Origin: an uncultured Chthonomonadaceae bacterium
GTDB lineage: Bacteria > Armatimonadota > Chthonomonadetes > Chthonomonadales > Chthonomonadaceae
Direction: 5' to 3'
DNA length: 62,175 bases
Assembly: GCA_963817895.1 (NCBI GenBank)
Contig: CAWFQB010000013.1
Span: 1-62,175 of the forward strand
Numbering within the stretch: the first letter of the stretch is position 1; every line of letters starts with the position of its first letter. The notes under the pieces were generated by a model that saw only the letters and a list, made by a program, of their open reading frames with translations, made no database searches and was not told the DNA's origin. Both the position numbers and the translations under genes were made by a program. Below, in pieces: positions 51,109 to 62,175 of the stretch.

Positions 51109-51981
51109 CGAACGTGATAGAAAAACCGATGCGGGCAAATACCGCGCCGGAAAATGCCAAAGACCTCCCTGCGCTGTTGAAAACCGAGCCTGACATTCCT
51201 GCCTGGGCAGAGCGTACCCAAACAGTATCTGCTGACAGCCGCGCAAATGGCGCAGTTCACGCAGGACGGATTATTGATGTTCGACGGGCTTGTGCCGCAG
51301 GAATTGAACGAGGCCGTGTACGCGGATCAGCAGGCGGGCAAAGGACACTGGCAAACCTCGGAAGCGATACGCGCCGTTTTTGACTGGCTGCCGGTTCGCG
51401 GCATGATCCAGAGTCTTGTCGGCGTCAATCCCGTGTATGACCATTCCGCGCTGCACGTTGTCGGGCCGCAAAAGCATGACGCGCAGGTGTGGCACGCCGA
51501 TTCGATTATTGACGCGCGCCCGTTCGCCTTCGACATTCAAGCCATGTACTTTTCCCACGACGCGCCCAAAGAGATGGGGCCGACTCTGGTTCTGCCCGGT
51601 TCGCATCTGCGCCGGACAAGCAACGTCAGCATCGCCCGCTACAAAAACATCGCGGGGCAAAAGCAGTTAATTGGCAAAGCGGGTACGATTGCCTTTCTGC
51701 ATCACGGATTGTGGCACTGCGCCCAGCCCAACTTTACGGACAACACGCGCTATATGTTCAAACTGCGCCTGCGCGCGGGCGAGGAGCAGCGCGGCCTGTT
51801 CAACACGGACGGCTACGACGATGCGGAAACCCGGCGCATCGTGGGCGCGTTCAAGCACAACTGGCAGGGCGATTTCGCGCGCGCGGAAAACGTGGAACGC
51901 GCCAAACTCTGGCGCTACGTGTGCGGCGACGACAACGTAGACGTGTCCTTCGAGGGCGTCCTGACCCGCATGCATCTGTGA
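51105..51981 (+). CDS. Phytanoyl-CoA dioxygenase (PhyH) family, frameshift ~51220
   Basis: QVWHADS, GPTLVLPGSH, H.GLWH.A..N...RYM. Confidence 0.85.
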
Positions 51982-52155
51982 TGTAAGTAACAGGTTTAAG
52001 AAACTATCTCAAAAGACCAGCGACCGCGCGTTTCCAATCTCGGAACGAGGTGCACAACTCTGTTTTGATATAAATTCTTAGCCATGCCTCACTTCATGCT
52101 CAAAAGGCTTACAAAAAACACAAAAACATGCGTTTTAAACCGTCTCTAAGAATGA

Positions 52156-52203
52156 GAAAACACCTATCATCAGGACAGTGATATCCCAATGATAGGTGTT
52201 TTC
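52156..52203 (-). terminator. 15-bp inverted repeat right after the lipoprotein stop
   Basis: gaaaacacctatcat...atgataggtgttttc. Confidence 0.6.
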
Positions 52204-52207
52204 CAGT

Positions 52208-53235
52208 TTATGGTATACCCATAAACAGCTTCAGCACTGTGGTTTCCGTCGCGTCAAAGCTGTCATAGTTGTTCGCGAAGCTGCGATTAGTCGGGTCGAA
52301 CGTGACATGTCCTGTGCTATCCGTTTTTCGCACAAGCAAATTATAAGCGGGACGCCACAGTAGTACGGTATTGGTATTTGCCGCAGTCTTGCTGAGAAAC
52401 CCGTCTTTCTTGCCTGTTGCGCTGTCTAACAGGGAATACTGAGGGCTGGGATTGTTGCCCAGAGCGAGCTGGCCGTCTCACCAGCTGGCGGGTAGTAGAC
52501 ATAGTTCCCGTCGTTGGAATAGTCATCGCCCTGCGTATTGACCTGTCCGTGGTATTCGATTTGCAGCCCTCGAAACCGTTTGTCATTGGCAACCATGCTG
52601 CCCGGCTTCGTGGGAGAGCGGCGCAGATAAATGCGCGGAAGGTAGCTGGCAGTAAGTTTGACCGCCATTTTCGCTGTCCAGTTCTGGAAATCGGTATTGC
52701 TGCCATCATCCTCCAGAGAAGGACAGACACATATCGTCAAATTCTTCTTGTTGATGTTTCGGTTCAGAAAGCCATTGAAATCAACGGCGTTGGCTTCAAT
52801 TGTGGCTCCGCTGGAATTCGCAGGCGTGTGATAATCCAGATGTACCGTTACGGTGACATTCTTTCCGCCGTTTGTCAGCGTATCAATCATGTGTTCCGCG
52901 TTTTTGTAACGGTCCTGCGCGGGCGTGAAGATATAGGGCGCAAACCCAAACTCAATGTTGGGCGGCCCATTCTTGTACAAGCCAGGGGAAGAGCGGAACA
53001 CGTTGAGCAGGCTGCTGACGCTGTTGACATGCCAATTCGATAACAGAATCAACTGCATGCCTTTGCTGACGCCTGCGGCGCGGTTTTTCGATGCGGGTGG
53101 GGCGCTTACATCCACAGCGGCAAGTCGCTGAACGCTGTTACCGCCGCCGCATCCGGCTAAAACAAGACTGAATAGCGCGGCCGCAACGAACGCGAGAAGA
53201 ACGCATCGGGTTTTCCAGTGATTACGGAGTCGCAT
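52208..53235 (-). CDS. Lipoprotein, hypothetical (frameshift ~52430)
   Basis: LAGC lipobox; the reading continues in another frame DSATGKKDGFL...LLWRPAYN...KLFMGIP* to 52208. Confidence 0.7.
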
Positions 53236-53404
53236 GAATTTTCCTTTCTGAAAATCTGCGCAATTGCAAAACAAATGGATTACATCTAGAGGAAATGCGG
53301 CCGAACATTCTGCTTCAGGAGTGAAGCGAACGCTGTCCGGCCGCCATATCAGAAGTATACGAGTGACAGTTTGAATCCCGAACTCAGCGGAAGCACTGCT
53401 ATCG

Positions 53405-53824
53405 TCAGTAGAGACGGAAGATATAGGCGCCTTTCCAGCCGTACGGCCCCCAGTCGGTGAAATAACAGCCCCAGTTCTTCAACCGGTTGCCGTAAAGCTG
53501 TTGCCCTCTCCAATGCGCAACATCAAGCATGTCAATCCCGGTTGTTCTCCACCCACTCTGATAGTAGCGGATACGCCATCCGTAAGCGTCGTTGGAGGCG
53601 AGGAACGCGCTGGCGCTCGATCCATAGCGATAGCGCGCGTATGCGCCCAGATCGAAGCCAACGTTGTTGCTGTAAGATTCCCACAGCGGGTTGACATTCA
53701 GCGAGACGGGATCCGTATAGGCCCAATGGATCAGATTCGGGCGATCCTGCGCCTGAACCACGCCGCCGAGCAGCAGCAGCGAACTTGCCAGCGCACTCAT
53801 CAGTAAGCATCGTTTAGTGATCAT
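53405..53824 (-). CDS. Small secreted aromatic-rich protein
   Basis: Signal peptide VQA-Q; GFDLGAYARYRYG...DAYGWR...GIDM; aggag RBS. Confidence 0.7.
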   Translation of the reverse strand: MITKRCLLMSALASSLLLLGGVVQAQDRPNLIHWAYTDPVSLNVNPLWESYSNNVGFDLGAYARYRYGSSASAFLASNDAYGWRIRYYQSGWRTTGIDMLDVAHWRGQQLYGNRLKNWGCYFTDWGPYGWKGAYIFRLY

Positions 53825-54092
53825 AGCAACTCCTTGTACATCTGCCGTAAAATAAAGCGATAGTTGAGGGTATAAATCTCCTTTCACGTCACTCTTCGCG
53901 TCAAAGCAGGAAAGAGTGGGTTCGATGTAGAAAGAGCATTAGTAACCGCGCATAGTTTTTTCGTAGAAAACCTTACCGTGATGACCTCGAAGAGACTACG
54001 AACTTAGGGACCTTCGGAAATTAAATTGTTCCAATGAGCGTCCGTGCAATAACATTTTAATCTTTTTGCGCGGCGGTGGTAACGAACTCATC

Positions 54093-54520
54093 TTATGCAG
54101 GCGAGCATCTGGTTTTGAATTGTTGCGCTTGACCACAAGGGGCAGCGAGTGCCGCTCGGTAGATATCGGCTTTCATGGCAACGTGATTGCGCCTGGTGTG
54201 CAGACGCAGTTGCTCCATCTTGACAGGGGCCACCAGAATGGCGAACAGATGGTTGGCCCGGGTTCGGATGATCCTGGTGAGCAACCTGGCAAAACCCAGA
54301 TTGCTCTTGTGCGACGTGTGGTATTCTTCGACCTTCCACCGTTTTGGTAGAGCGTCGTGATTTGTTCCCACGTAAGCGTCGTATCGCTTGTGACCAGATA
54401 GACAACTCCCTGGCTGTCGTCCTCGTTTATGAAGACCTGCCTGGCAAGCCGCAAGGCGAAGGGAACCCCTTCCAGCCAGATAGCGCGCGTGGCTTCGTAC
54501 GATATACTGGTTCTGTCTTA
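54093..54520 (-). mobile_element. Degraded IS701-like DDE transposase fragment
   Basis: RQVFINEDDSQGVVYLVTSD..L....ITTLYQ / KRWKVEEYH / NHLFA spread over shifted frames. Confidence 0.7.
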
Positions 54521-54549
54521 ACCTCCTTTCAAGTACAGTGTATCCGGCG

Positions 54550-54585
54550 AAAGTCACGGTAAAAGTTACGGTAAAAGTCACGATT
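54550..54585. promoter_or_regulatory. Three 12-bp direct repeats upstream of the SARP-like gene
   Basis: aaagtcacggta aaagttacggta aaagtcacgatt. Confidence 0.45.
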
Positions 54586-54651
54586 AGGAAAGTTGTGCTG
54601 CAGAGTGCTAATTGATATGCGGCTTGACTTCGAGTTCATTCAAACCAGGAG

Positions 54652-57592
54652 ATGGAGGGATATGTGAGGACGAAGTTACCGAAACCTGAAAAACTCTATA
54701 TCTTCTTATTTGATCGTCCACGATGGTCTAAAACAGGACGTGATCCAGAGCTGTTGGATGTTCTCTTGAAAGAACCTCTTCGCCGCCGCATGGTAGCCAG
54801 CCTGGCGTTCAAAAAGCGTCCGGTGGAAGTAACAACCCTGTGGAATGAGAGCAGGCAGCTGGGTTCTGATGAAGATATACCAGACGAAAATCAATTTAAA
54901 AATGATACGTCAGCTGTTAACAAAGCGTTAAAATCAATGGGGTATTCAGGTAGAAGTTTGAAGCGTGAGTACGGTTTGGGTCCTGTGCGCTTCGACGACA
55001 GAGTAGCAGTCGTCACTGATGTTTCCGTTTTCAACACAATATTTTCCAGGTACCGACGTTTGCAGAATCAGGGCGTGGAAAATAACGAGGCCGTTCATCA
55101 GTTGGAGACATTGCGCGATTTGTACGTAGGCGATCTTCTCATTGGCGCTGAGATGGACTGGGTGCTGGGAGAGAACGGGGAGCGAGAAACGTTAAGAAAA
55201 AAGTTTGCCTCGCTTACTCCTGACTTCGAAGTGAATGGTATTGATTTGACGGTCAGGGAACCGGTCGATCTGGCGCTTTTCGATAAATCTGATGAAAGCG
55301 CAGAAGTTTCACCCTATCCTGTTGAAGATGCCGGCAGAATTAAGACACGCCTGTCTGTGATTGGATTGCTTGCTCTTGGAGGCGCATTCTTCCATGTTTG
55401 CACACATACTCCTCTCGCATATGGCAGCCAAAACGCACAGAACGCGGCTTCTGAACTCGTCGCCGTTTTTGCTCATGTGGCAACGCGTGTTCCGCGTCAG
55501 GAGCTACAAGAGGCACTTTACACTTTACAGCAGGATGAAGACAACATTCACTTCGAATCGTTGAATTCCATAATTATATCTACAGTGATTGACATTATAG
55601 AACAAGTCGCTGAAGATATCCGTTTCGCAAGCGACCGAAACAACATCCAGTTACTTGCTCGTGCCTTAAAGGACGCCTGGGAGAAAATCCCCTATTCCAT
55701 TCTTCCGAACGGCGACGCTTTTGCGGACATCAATACGCGAAACTATTTTATTGAGCGCGGCAACACCCTCAGTCACACCAATACCCTGCCCCCGGACTTA
55801 TGGATACATTTTCTCGAAGTCGCTGTAGAAACAGAGAGCGGAAACCGTTCGCCACTACCTCTGCCTGGACGACGGGCAATGCAGCATCTGACTAGCATCC
55901 TCCATCAACAATGGCATGGAGCGTTGCTGCAAGCGCTTGTAACGGAAAGCGCCCGAAACTCCGTGGTCTATTATCGGGTTCTTGTAGTATTCCTTGCGCG
56001 AACCATAGCTTCCAGCCAGCCAGTTTTAACCAAAATGCGGGAGGTGCGGAAAGAGTCGCAGCAATCTCAAATGGCGTGGAAGCGGATTGATATGCTTGTG
56101 ACGCGCTATGTACGCCATAGTCCATTTGATACGGATAGCTTGCTTCGCGCCTGGGAGAAATTCGCCCTGGAAATATGGATGCCCCGTATTCTGCTGGATG
56201 GCTGTCTGGAAGACGCTATTGCGGAATCTGTGTCAGCGCTTCTTAACGTTTTGCCGCTTAGTGACGGACTCCCGGTGGATTTGTTCGAACGGATTGTTCT
56301 GCTGGCAGATGGAGTTATTCCTCGTCTGGCTTATAAATGTTTTCTACAACAAGGCCGCAAGCGTTTGCGCGCGCGCGAGGCCATCCTGCTTTTGAACAGT
56401 TTGACCCGACTGGACCTTCGGGACGAAGCGGAAACTCTGCTTGAACAGATTGAAGAGAGTGTACTGGAGCAAGATAACCTTCCGCTTCAGGCGTCTCATC
56501 TGATAGCCGAATCACGGCTGGCTTTATTCCGGTATCATGAGATGCTCAACGCTTCTCAAAAGGACGAACCGCAAGTTCGCCGAACGATTGCTCAATTAGA
56601 TAGACTGCGAGACATTTGCCGTAAGGGGCTTCAGCTCGTTAATATCACTTCCTGGAGTTACTACTACCAGATATATGCGGAAGCGGCGGTCGCTGCGTCA
56701 AGACTGATGGTAGACAGCAAGGCAATCCAGGACCCTGGGAAATTTGCCCATGCGAGGCAAAGAATGTCAGAGGCGCTGGAGCAGACACTCGCCTTGCGGA
56801 ACCTCCACAGGATGCCGCGCCTCCAACTGACAGAACTTTCAAACGAAGATAGCATGGATTTACAGGATCAAGCCTGGCACTGGTGCCAATGTAATCTCCT
56901 GTTGTACCGAGTGTATATGTCCGCGTTTCGGCCAAACACATCCGACACCAGTGTAATTTTGGATGAAGATGCTGCCGATTTGACGCTGGCAAACGAAATA
57001 GTCGAAATAATCCGTTCCCTGGAAATGCACTGGCCTTCTTTGAAGTTAGCATGGGAACACTCTATCATAACGACACGAAGATTCGCGATTGCTGCCGAGT
57101 CCGGCACACTTTGGTCTGTCGGCGAAGTCAAAACGGTACGTGAATTCATTAATAGCGGTTTCCAGCAGGCTTGTATCTCTTGGGAAACAAATCGGCGAGG
57201 AGAAATCCTATATTTACTACATATCCCATTATTGGGCTGCACAAGGCGAACAGAGTGTAGCGCTGATGAAGGCAAGGCGATTAAGGGAAGCCTCTAACAA
57301 CGAGGCGGCTTTCGTAAACATTTATGCTCAGATGAGAAAACATGTTGGTCAGGCAATTGAGTATTTTGCCACAGCCTTAGCTCTGGGACGACTTCGAGAA
57401 GAAGAATTGAAACACACCCCGGACCCTCATGGTTGGCAACATTCCAGCAATAATTGGCTTGCGAGTCGGCTTTCGATGCTTCAAAAGTGGAAAGACGCCT
57501 CCGGTTATATGACTCCAACCGAAGGCGCCGAATGTTTCATATCAGGTTATGAAATGAAAATTGATTTTTGTATTCTGTCTTCCTCGGACTAG
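54652..57592 (+). CDS. Large protein with divergent SARP wHTH/BTAD-like N-terminus (probable frameshift ~57230)
   Basis: TLW...FKNDTSAVNKAL, VVTDVSVF, LYVGDLLIG...DWVL..ERETLR; helical remainder; probably continues in ORF 57089-57592. Confidence 0.6.
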
Positions 57593-57972
57593 CGAACCGA
57601 CAGGGCGTCACTGTAGAGCGGTGACTGGTTGGGAACGACAACCTTCGCGCGAAGCATGAATGACCCGCCTGGGTCTGGCGCGACAATACTGAGAGAATGA
57701 GAGGATTCATCGTACCAGAGGTTTCTGCACAAAGCTCCTTGAGTGGAATTGTACAGGGGATGCGTCTGGCACTCCGAACCGATGAGCAGGCGCTCACAAA
57801 GATGGTAGCTCACGTTGGCTCCGTTACTATCTATGGCTCGCAAAGTGATGGTCACTCTCCCGCCGGAGATGCGTTCGACCTTGACCGTTTCGAGATGAAT
57901 GTCTGCCTTGCTGCTAACAGCCGCGCTGAACATCAACAGGCCGAGAAAGATAATTGCCATTGAATTTTTCAT
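57589..57972 (-). CDS. Small secreted hypothetical protein
   Basis: Signal peptide SKA-D; ggagg RBS. Confidence 0.65.
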   Translation of the reverse strand: MKNSMAIIFLGLLMFSAAVSSKADIHLETVKVERISGGRVTITLRAIDSNGANVSYHLCERLLIGSECQTHPLYNSTQGALCRNLWYDESSHSLSIVAPDPGGSFMLRAKVVVPNQSPLYSDALSVR

Positions 57973-58435
57973 GTTCTCCTCCATAAGGTTTCTACTATGG
58001 GAAATGTTGTACACTCACTGGATGCTACATTGCCGTTTACATCTTTCTCTACTGACATATAAAAACTAAATTTAGTTGCAGTGTACCGAAGAAAAATTAA
58101 GCGTTGAGGCGCGTGGGGTTCTTAAGGCACGTAAAAAGCAGAAACGAAACAGATAAAACACGCCAACATTCGCGCTCAATCCGCCATGTACGCCCAATCC
58201 GTCATTGCTACTGCCGCAGACAATAGAGAAGCGGAAAGCGTATAGACCAAAAAGAGGGTAGGAAATAGCGACGATGCGTATTTACTGCGCCGCGCGAAGA
58301 TACAACCTGAAACTACCCTGTCAAAACAAAGCAGGAACTCTATTGATGAAGAGATAACTAAGCGCCAGGTCAGCATAGAAGGAATTATCAGCGTTGGCAT
58401 CTTAGTGATTGAGGTTGTGATTGAAGGGAAAGACC

Positions 58436-59293
58436 ATGGAAACAGCAAGGGAAAACGCGGGAAGTTCAGGCGTTTCGCAAGCGCTGTATGATGTTGCCGG
58501 GATTATGGGCGGATTATATGGCGACGGCATCATCGCGCTGAAAGGCGCGTTCTCGCCCGAATGGGCGGATCAACTCGGACAGGACATAGCAACGCTTTTT
58601 GCTGAAGCGTTGCAGCGTCCGGGTGGCGCGGTGGGACGCGGCCCGAAACGCTACTACGTTGAGATTCACCCGGAGCGCATCCGGGGCTTTCTCGATCTGG
58701 CGACGCACCCCTGGGTCGTAGCCGTGTGCGCAGGCGTACTCGGCCCGGATTACAAGATCGTGGAGATCGGTTTCGACGTTCCCCTGCCCGGAGCCGTGAA
58801 CCAGCCCTGGCACCGCGATTTTCCCTCGCCGGAGGATACGCTGAAGGGGCGTCGGCTCAACTCCCTGGCGTTCAATCTGACAACCGTAGACGTGTCGGAG
58901 GATATGGGGCCGTTCGAGATCGCGCCGGGAACGCAGTGGGACGTTTCCGAAGGCTTTGAACACGGCATGTTTCCGCCCAAATCCCTGTACGAGCGCTATC
59001 AGTCTCGCGCGCAACGCAAACTGCCCAAACGCGGCGACATCTCCGCGCGCTCGGCATTAACCATTCATCGCGGCACGGCCAATCAATCCAACCTGTCCCG
59101 GCCCGCTCTGGTTCTCGGCGTGGACGCGCCGGGAGGCATCAACGCGGATCGCCACGACCTTCAGTTTACACAGGCGTACTACGAGGCCATGCCGCCAGAG
59201 TTGAAACCACATCTGACGTGCCGGGTAGTGGAAACGCTTCAGCCCATTCAGCAGGGCCACACCATTGAGGGGCTTGTGATGGGTGAAGCTTAG
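58436..59293 (+). CDS. Phytanoyl-CoA dioxygenase (PhyH) family
   Basis: QPWHRDF, GPFEIAPGT, LTIHRGTAN...RP. Confidence 0.85.
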   Translation: METARENAGSSGVSQALYDVAGIMGGLYGDGIIALKGAFSPEWADQLGQDIATLFAEALQRPGGAVGRGPKRYYVEIHPERIRGFLDLATHPWVVAVCAGVLGPDYKIVEIGFDVPLPGAVNQPWHRDFPSPEDTLKGRRLNSLAFNLTTVDVSEDMGPFEIAPGTQWDVSEGFEHGMFPPKSLYERYQSRAQRKLPKRGDISARSALTIHRGTANQSNLSRPALVLGVDAPGGINADRHDLQFTQAYYEAMPPELKPHLTCRVVETLQPIQQGHTIEGLVMGEA

Positions 59294-59430
59294 AGCCTAT
59301 TACAACTGGCCCTCAACCCGGGCGTCCACTTGTGGACATACCCCTTCTCCCAACGTTGGGAGAAGGGGAACCTATCGGGATAAGCTCTAAACGGCGCAAA
59401 GTTTGCAAGAGGAGCGTGAGGAGAGACACT

Positions 59431-60099
59431 ATGATTGGAATGAGTTCGTTTCGCGGGGCCGTTGTCGCCCTGTCGCTTCCGGTTGCGGTTTCGGCGTTGC
59501 TGCTGACACCTTCGGCGAGTCGGGCGGAGCAGTTCGTCCTGTTCGATGTCACGTTTACGTTCACCAAAGACGACGCGGACAATTCCACGCCGAGCAAATC
59601 GCACTACTACGTGAAGGGGGCGGCCATCAACGCGAAGCGACCCAAAGACTGGACAAGCCCCGTAGACTATCGCAAAGGGACTGTTCATATCCGTACGGAA
59701 GTTCTGGATCGTCCGGCAAGCGGCGAGGCTGTGCAATGGAGTCTGTGCTACATTCCCAATCATGGGCAAGGCAATGGTTACGGGTGTACGGGAACCGACG
59801 CCTACAAAGACAAAGGCGTTTACGAGAAGGATGTTCCGATGACTTCGTTCTGGGAAAACGGCTCCATCATCTGGACAGAGGGCATCAAGCAGATGGATTT
59901 AGTGATGAAGGATAAGGACGGCAACAAAGCCCACACCCGCGCTGATCCCGAAAAGTTCTTCCCGACCCGCATCCGCATTACCATGATTCAGGTTTCTGAG
60001 GGCGCGAAGTACGATCCCAATCTCGTGCCGAACATTCCCCACCCCAAACCCGCCGACAAGCCGAAGGCGGGAGCGGCGGACGTTTCAGGGGCAAAATAG
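59431..60099 (+). CDS. Secreted hypothetical protein
   Basis: Signal peptide SRA-EQFVLFD; intact ORF. Confidence 0.7.
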   Translation: MIGMSSFRGAVVALSLPVAVSALLLTPSASRAEQFVLFDVTFTFTKDDADNSTPSKSHYYVKGAAINAKRPKDWTSPVDYRKGTVHIRTEVLDRPASGEAVQWSLCYIPNHGQGNGYGCTGTDAYKDKGVYEKDVPMTSFWENGSIIWTEGIKQMDLVMKDKDGNKAHTRADPEKFFPTRIRITMIQVSEGAKYDPNLVPNIPHPKPADKPKAGAADVSGAK

Positions 60100-60135
60100 C
60101 CTTCCTGAGAACCCTGCGCTGATGAGGACATTTCC

Positions 60136-60615
60136 ATGCGACTGAAACTGGACCTGCATCCGATCTTCAACAACTCGCGCCGCATCGAAGAGGCTCTGGC
60201 AGGCATCGTTGAGGAGGCCATCGCCCGCCACGCCACGGAAGTGGAGATTATACCGGGCAAGGGTTCGGGCGCGCTGAAAAAGTTAGTCTTACGCTTTTTC
60301 GACCGCCCCGAAATCAAGTCGCGCTACCACCGTCTGGAAAAAGACAGCGACAACTGGGGCAAATTGTATATCCACTTCCGGCACGAAACGCCCGAACCAA
60401 CCCCAAAATCTCGGCCTGCCCTCGTCGGCCCAACGGTCGCCACTGCCTGCGCCTGCTGTGGGGACGCGATTACCGTTGCGGAGCCGGAGGAAATTCCTGC
60501 CAGCGACGTTCACATCGAATGTCCCTGGTGCGGTTCTCCCAATCGCCTGTCGTTTCGGCGTGACTGGCGCGGACTGGTTCACGCGCGGGCGGAACTGGAT
60601 TACACGGGCGCGTAG
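60136..60615 (+). CDS. Smr domain protein with C-terminal Zn ribbon
   Basis: LDLH...VEIIPGKGSGALK...NWG; CACCG...CPWCG. Confidence 0.8.
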   Translation: MRLKLDLHPIFNNSRRIEEALAGIVEEAIARHATEVEIIPGKGSGALKKLVLRFFDRPEIKSRYHRLEKDSDNWGKLYIHFRHETPEPTPKSRPALVGPTVATACACCGDAITVAEPEEIPASDVHIECPWCGSPNRLSFRRDWRGLVHARAELDYTGA

Positions 60616-60670
60616 CCGTTTCGTCACGATCTTAATCGCGGCAACTCCATTTGCCTTCGTTGCTATGGCG

Positions 60671-60883
60671 TTAATGCCCTGTTGCCGCGGCGGTTACGGC
60701 ATCGTTGAAGTTTTTGAAAAATCCCTCGTAACCCCCGCTGCTTTCGGCAAAGCGCATCGCTTTTACCCGCTCCACGCAGATTTCGGTGGCGTCCGGCGAA
60801 TTATTCAGGATGCTCATCGTTTCGGCGATGAACTCGGCTAAGGGCATGGCATTGGGATCGTTGGCCTGCCGCGCTCCCTGTAA
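60671..60883 (-). pseudogene. C-terminal fragment of an SDR oxidoreductase, cut by the IS
   Basis: DPNAMPLAEFIAETM.IL....EICVERVK.MRFAE; similarity ends at the IS left end. Confidence 0.6.
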
Positions 60884-62175
60884 GGGACTCTCAAAGATTA
60901 AAATATGCCAGAGAACATGGAACAACCTGCTATTACCATGCAGGAGTTACTCTGTGGAACTTACCGACAGCCTCAAGGCTGTGTTCATCGAGACGGCTAA
61001 TACGCTCAAAGGTAGCACGCGCCGTTTGTTCATGGCGCGGATTGTGCGCGAACTTGGCGCGGGTGGACAACGCTTGGCGCAACGCGAACTGGGTTGGAAC
61101 CGCGACACGCTGCGCAAAGGTGGATACGAACTGCGTAGCGGCGTCACCTGTGCCGGTGCATTGGCGCTGCGCGGACGCAAGCCCGCCGAAGCGCGGTTGC
61201 CCCACCTGCTCGACGACATCCGCGCGCTTGTAGATGGGCAGAGCCAGACCGACCCGCAGTTTCGCAATCAGCGGTTATATACCCGCTTGACGGCTGCCGA
61301 GGTGCGTCGGCAACTGATCCTGCAAAAGGGCTACACCGAAGGCGAACTCCCCTGGAGGAGAGTATCCGCACGCGCCTCACGCGCCTGGGCTACCATCCTA
61401 AGAAGGTGCAGAAGAGCCTGCCCAAAAAAAGATTGCCGAAACCGACGCCATCTTTGACAAACTGAGCCAGGTCAACTCGCAAGCCGACACCGACGCAACC
61501 ACGTTGCGGGTCTCTATGGATGCCAAAGCCACCGTGAAGGTAGGCGAGTATTCGCGTGGCGGCAACAACCGCGTCCAAGTTCATGCCGCCGACCATGACT
61601 TTCACCCGAGCGCTCAGGTTACGCCCGTTGGGTTGCTGCTGCCGTCTGAGGACGAACTGGCGCTGTACGCGGGCACGTCAAAGGTCACGAGTGACTGCCT
61701 GGCCGACATTCTCCACCACTGGTGGGAAGCCAACCGGCAACGCTTTGCGCACATCACGACGCTGCACCTCAACCTTGACAACGGGCCGGAGTGTCATAGT
61801 CGGCGCACACAGTTCCTGCATCGGCTGGTGCAGTTCGTCCAGCAAACGGGATTGAGTGTGCAATTGGCGTACTATCCGCCTTACCACAGCAAGTACAATC
61901 CTATGGAACGCTGTTGGGGCGTCTTGGAAAACCACTGGAACGGCGACTGGCTCGACAGTGTAGATGCCGTGGTCAAGTTTGCCCGCTCCATGACCTGGAA
62001 AGGCAAGCCTCCGAGCATCCAATTGATAGAACAGACCTATCCCATCGGCGTGAAGTTGAGCCAAAAAGCTATGCAAGCCCTGGAAACTCAGGTGCGCCGA
62101 TTACCTGGCTTGGACAAGTGGTTCGTTGAGATACGACCTGACACCGTTGCTAATGGAACAACTTAATTCTAGAGA
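60884..62175 (+). mobile_element. ISAzo13-family IS; transposase 60954-62166 (frameshifted)
   Basis: RRLFMA, ELGWNR.T..KG, SQTDP.F, SMDAKA, DHDF, DNGPE, YYPPYHSKYNP.ERCW..LE.HWNG. Left end gggactctcaaagattaa imperfectly mirrors ttaattctagaga at the window end. Confidence 0.9.

Noticed and set aside
818..57592. Mass pseudogenisation or programmed frameshifting (hsdM, esterase, GH35, TPR, ctpA, dgoD, PhyH and others)
   Set aside because: Scattered single indels in otherwise intact genes with conserved catalytic motifs fit long-read consensus error better; reads are needed to confirm.
58040..58430. Possible gene or IS remnant before the second PhyH
   Set aside because: No convincing ORF or motif found.
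1..62175. tRNA, rRNA or riboswitch
   Set aside because: No recognisable consensus seen by eye; an Infernal/Rfam scan was not possible.

Overview
A 62 kb, mostly GC-rich bacterial chromosomal segment. The lineage is inferred to be Armatimonadota-like, from the '[15 protein letters not shown]' DUF1559/H-X9-DG pilin-like proteins and the general gene content. More than ten genes are split by single-base indels, which most likely reflects long-read consensus error rather than true decay. Recognisable content: a truncated REP-associated tyrosine transposase with GTAG-REP doublets, a type I hsdM, a flavin disulfide reductase, an esterase, an S53 protease, a GH35 beta-galactosidase, a CsgG/FlgT-like plus TPR operon with low-GC passenger domains, a tandem S41 protease and pseudoprotease, a caspase-like protein, YihY, a DUF1559 pilin-like cluster interleaved with redoxin/HMA/DJ-1-YHS genes, rdgB-rph, a TerY-like vWA gene with a kinase-WD40-FKBP fusion, a fused 2-oxoacid dehydrogenase E1, dgoD, an Rpn nuclease, three tandem membrane paralogs, two PhyH dioxygenases bracketing a lower-GC island with a SARP/BTAD-like large protein, and an ISAzo13-like IS at the right edge. 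Most notable observations: many different 7-8-mer tandem arrays, often in inverted pairs and translated in-frame inside proteins; the putative metal-handling pilin-like cluster; the modular CsgG-like operon; and the catalytically dead S41 paralog. No CRISPR array, rRNA or tRNA was seen. All family assignments come from motif recognition by eye; no searches were run.
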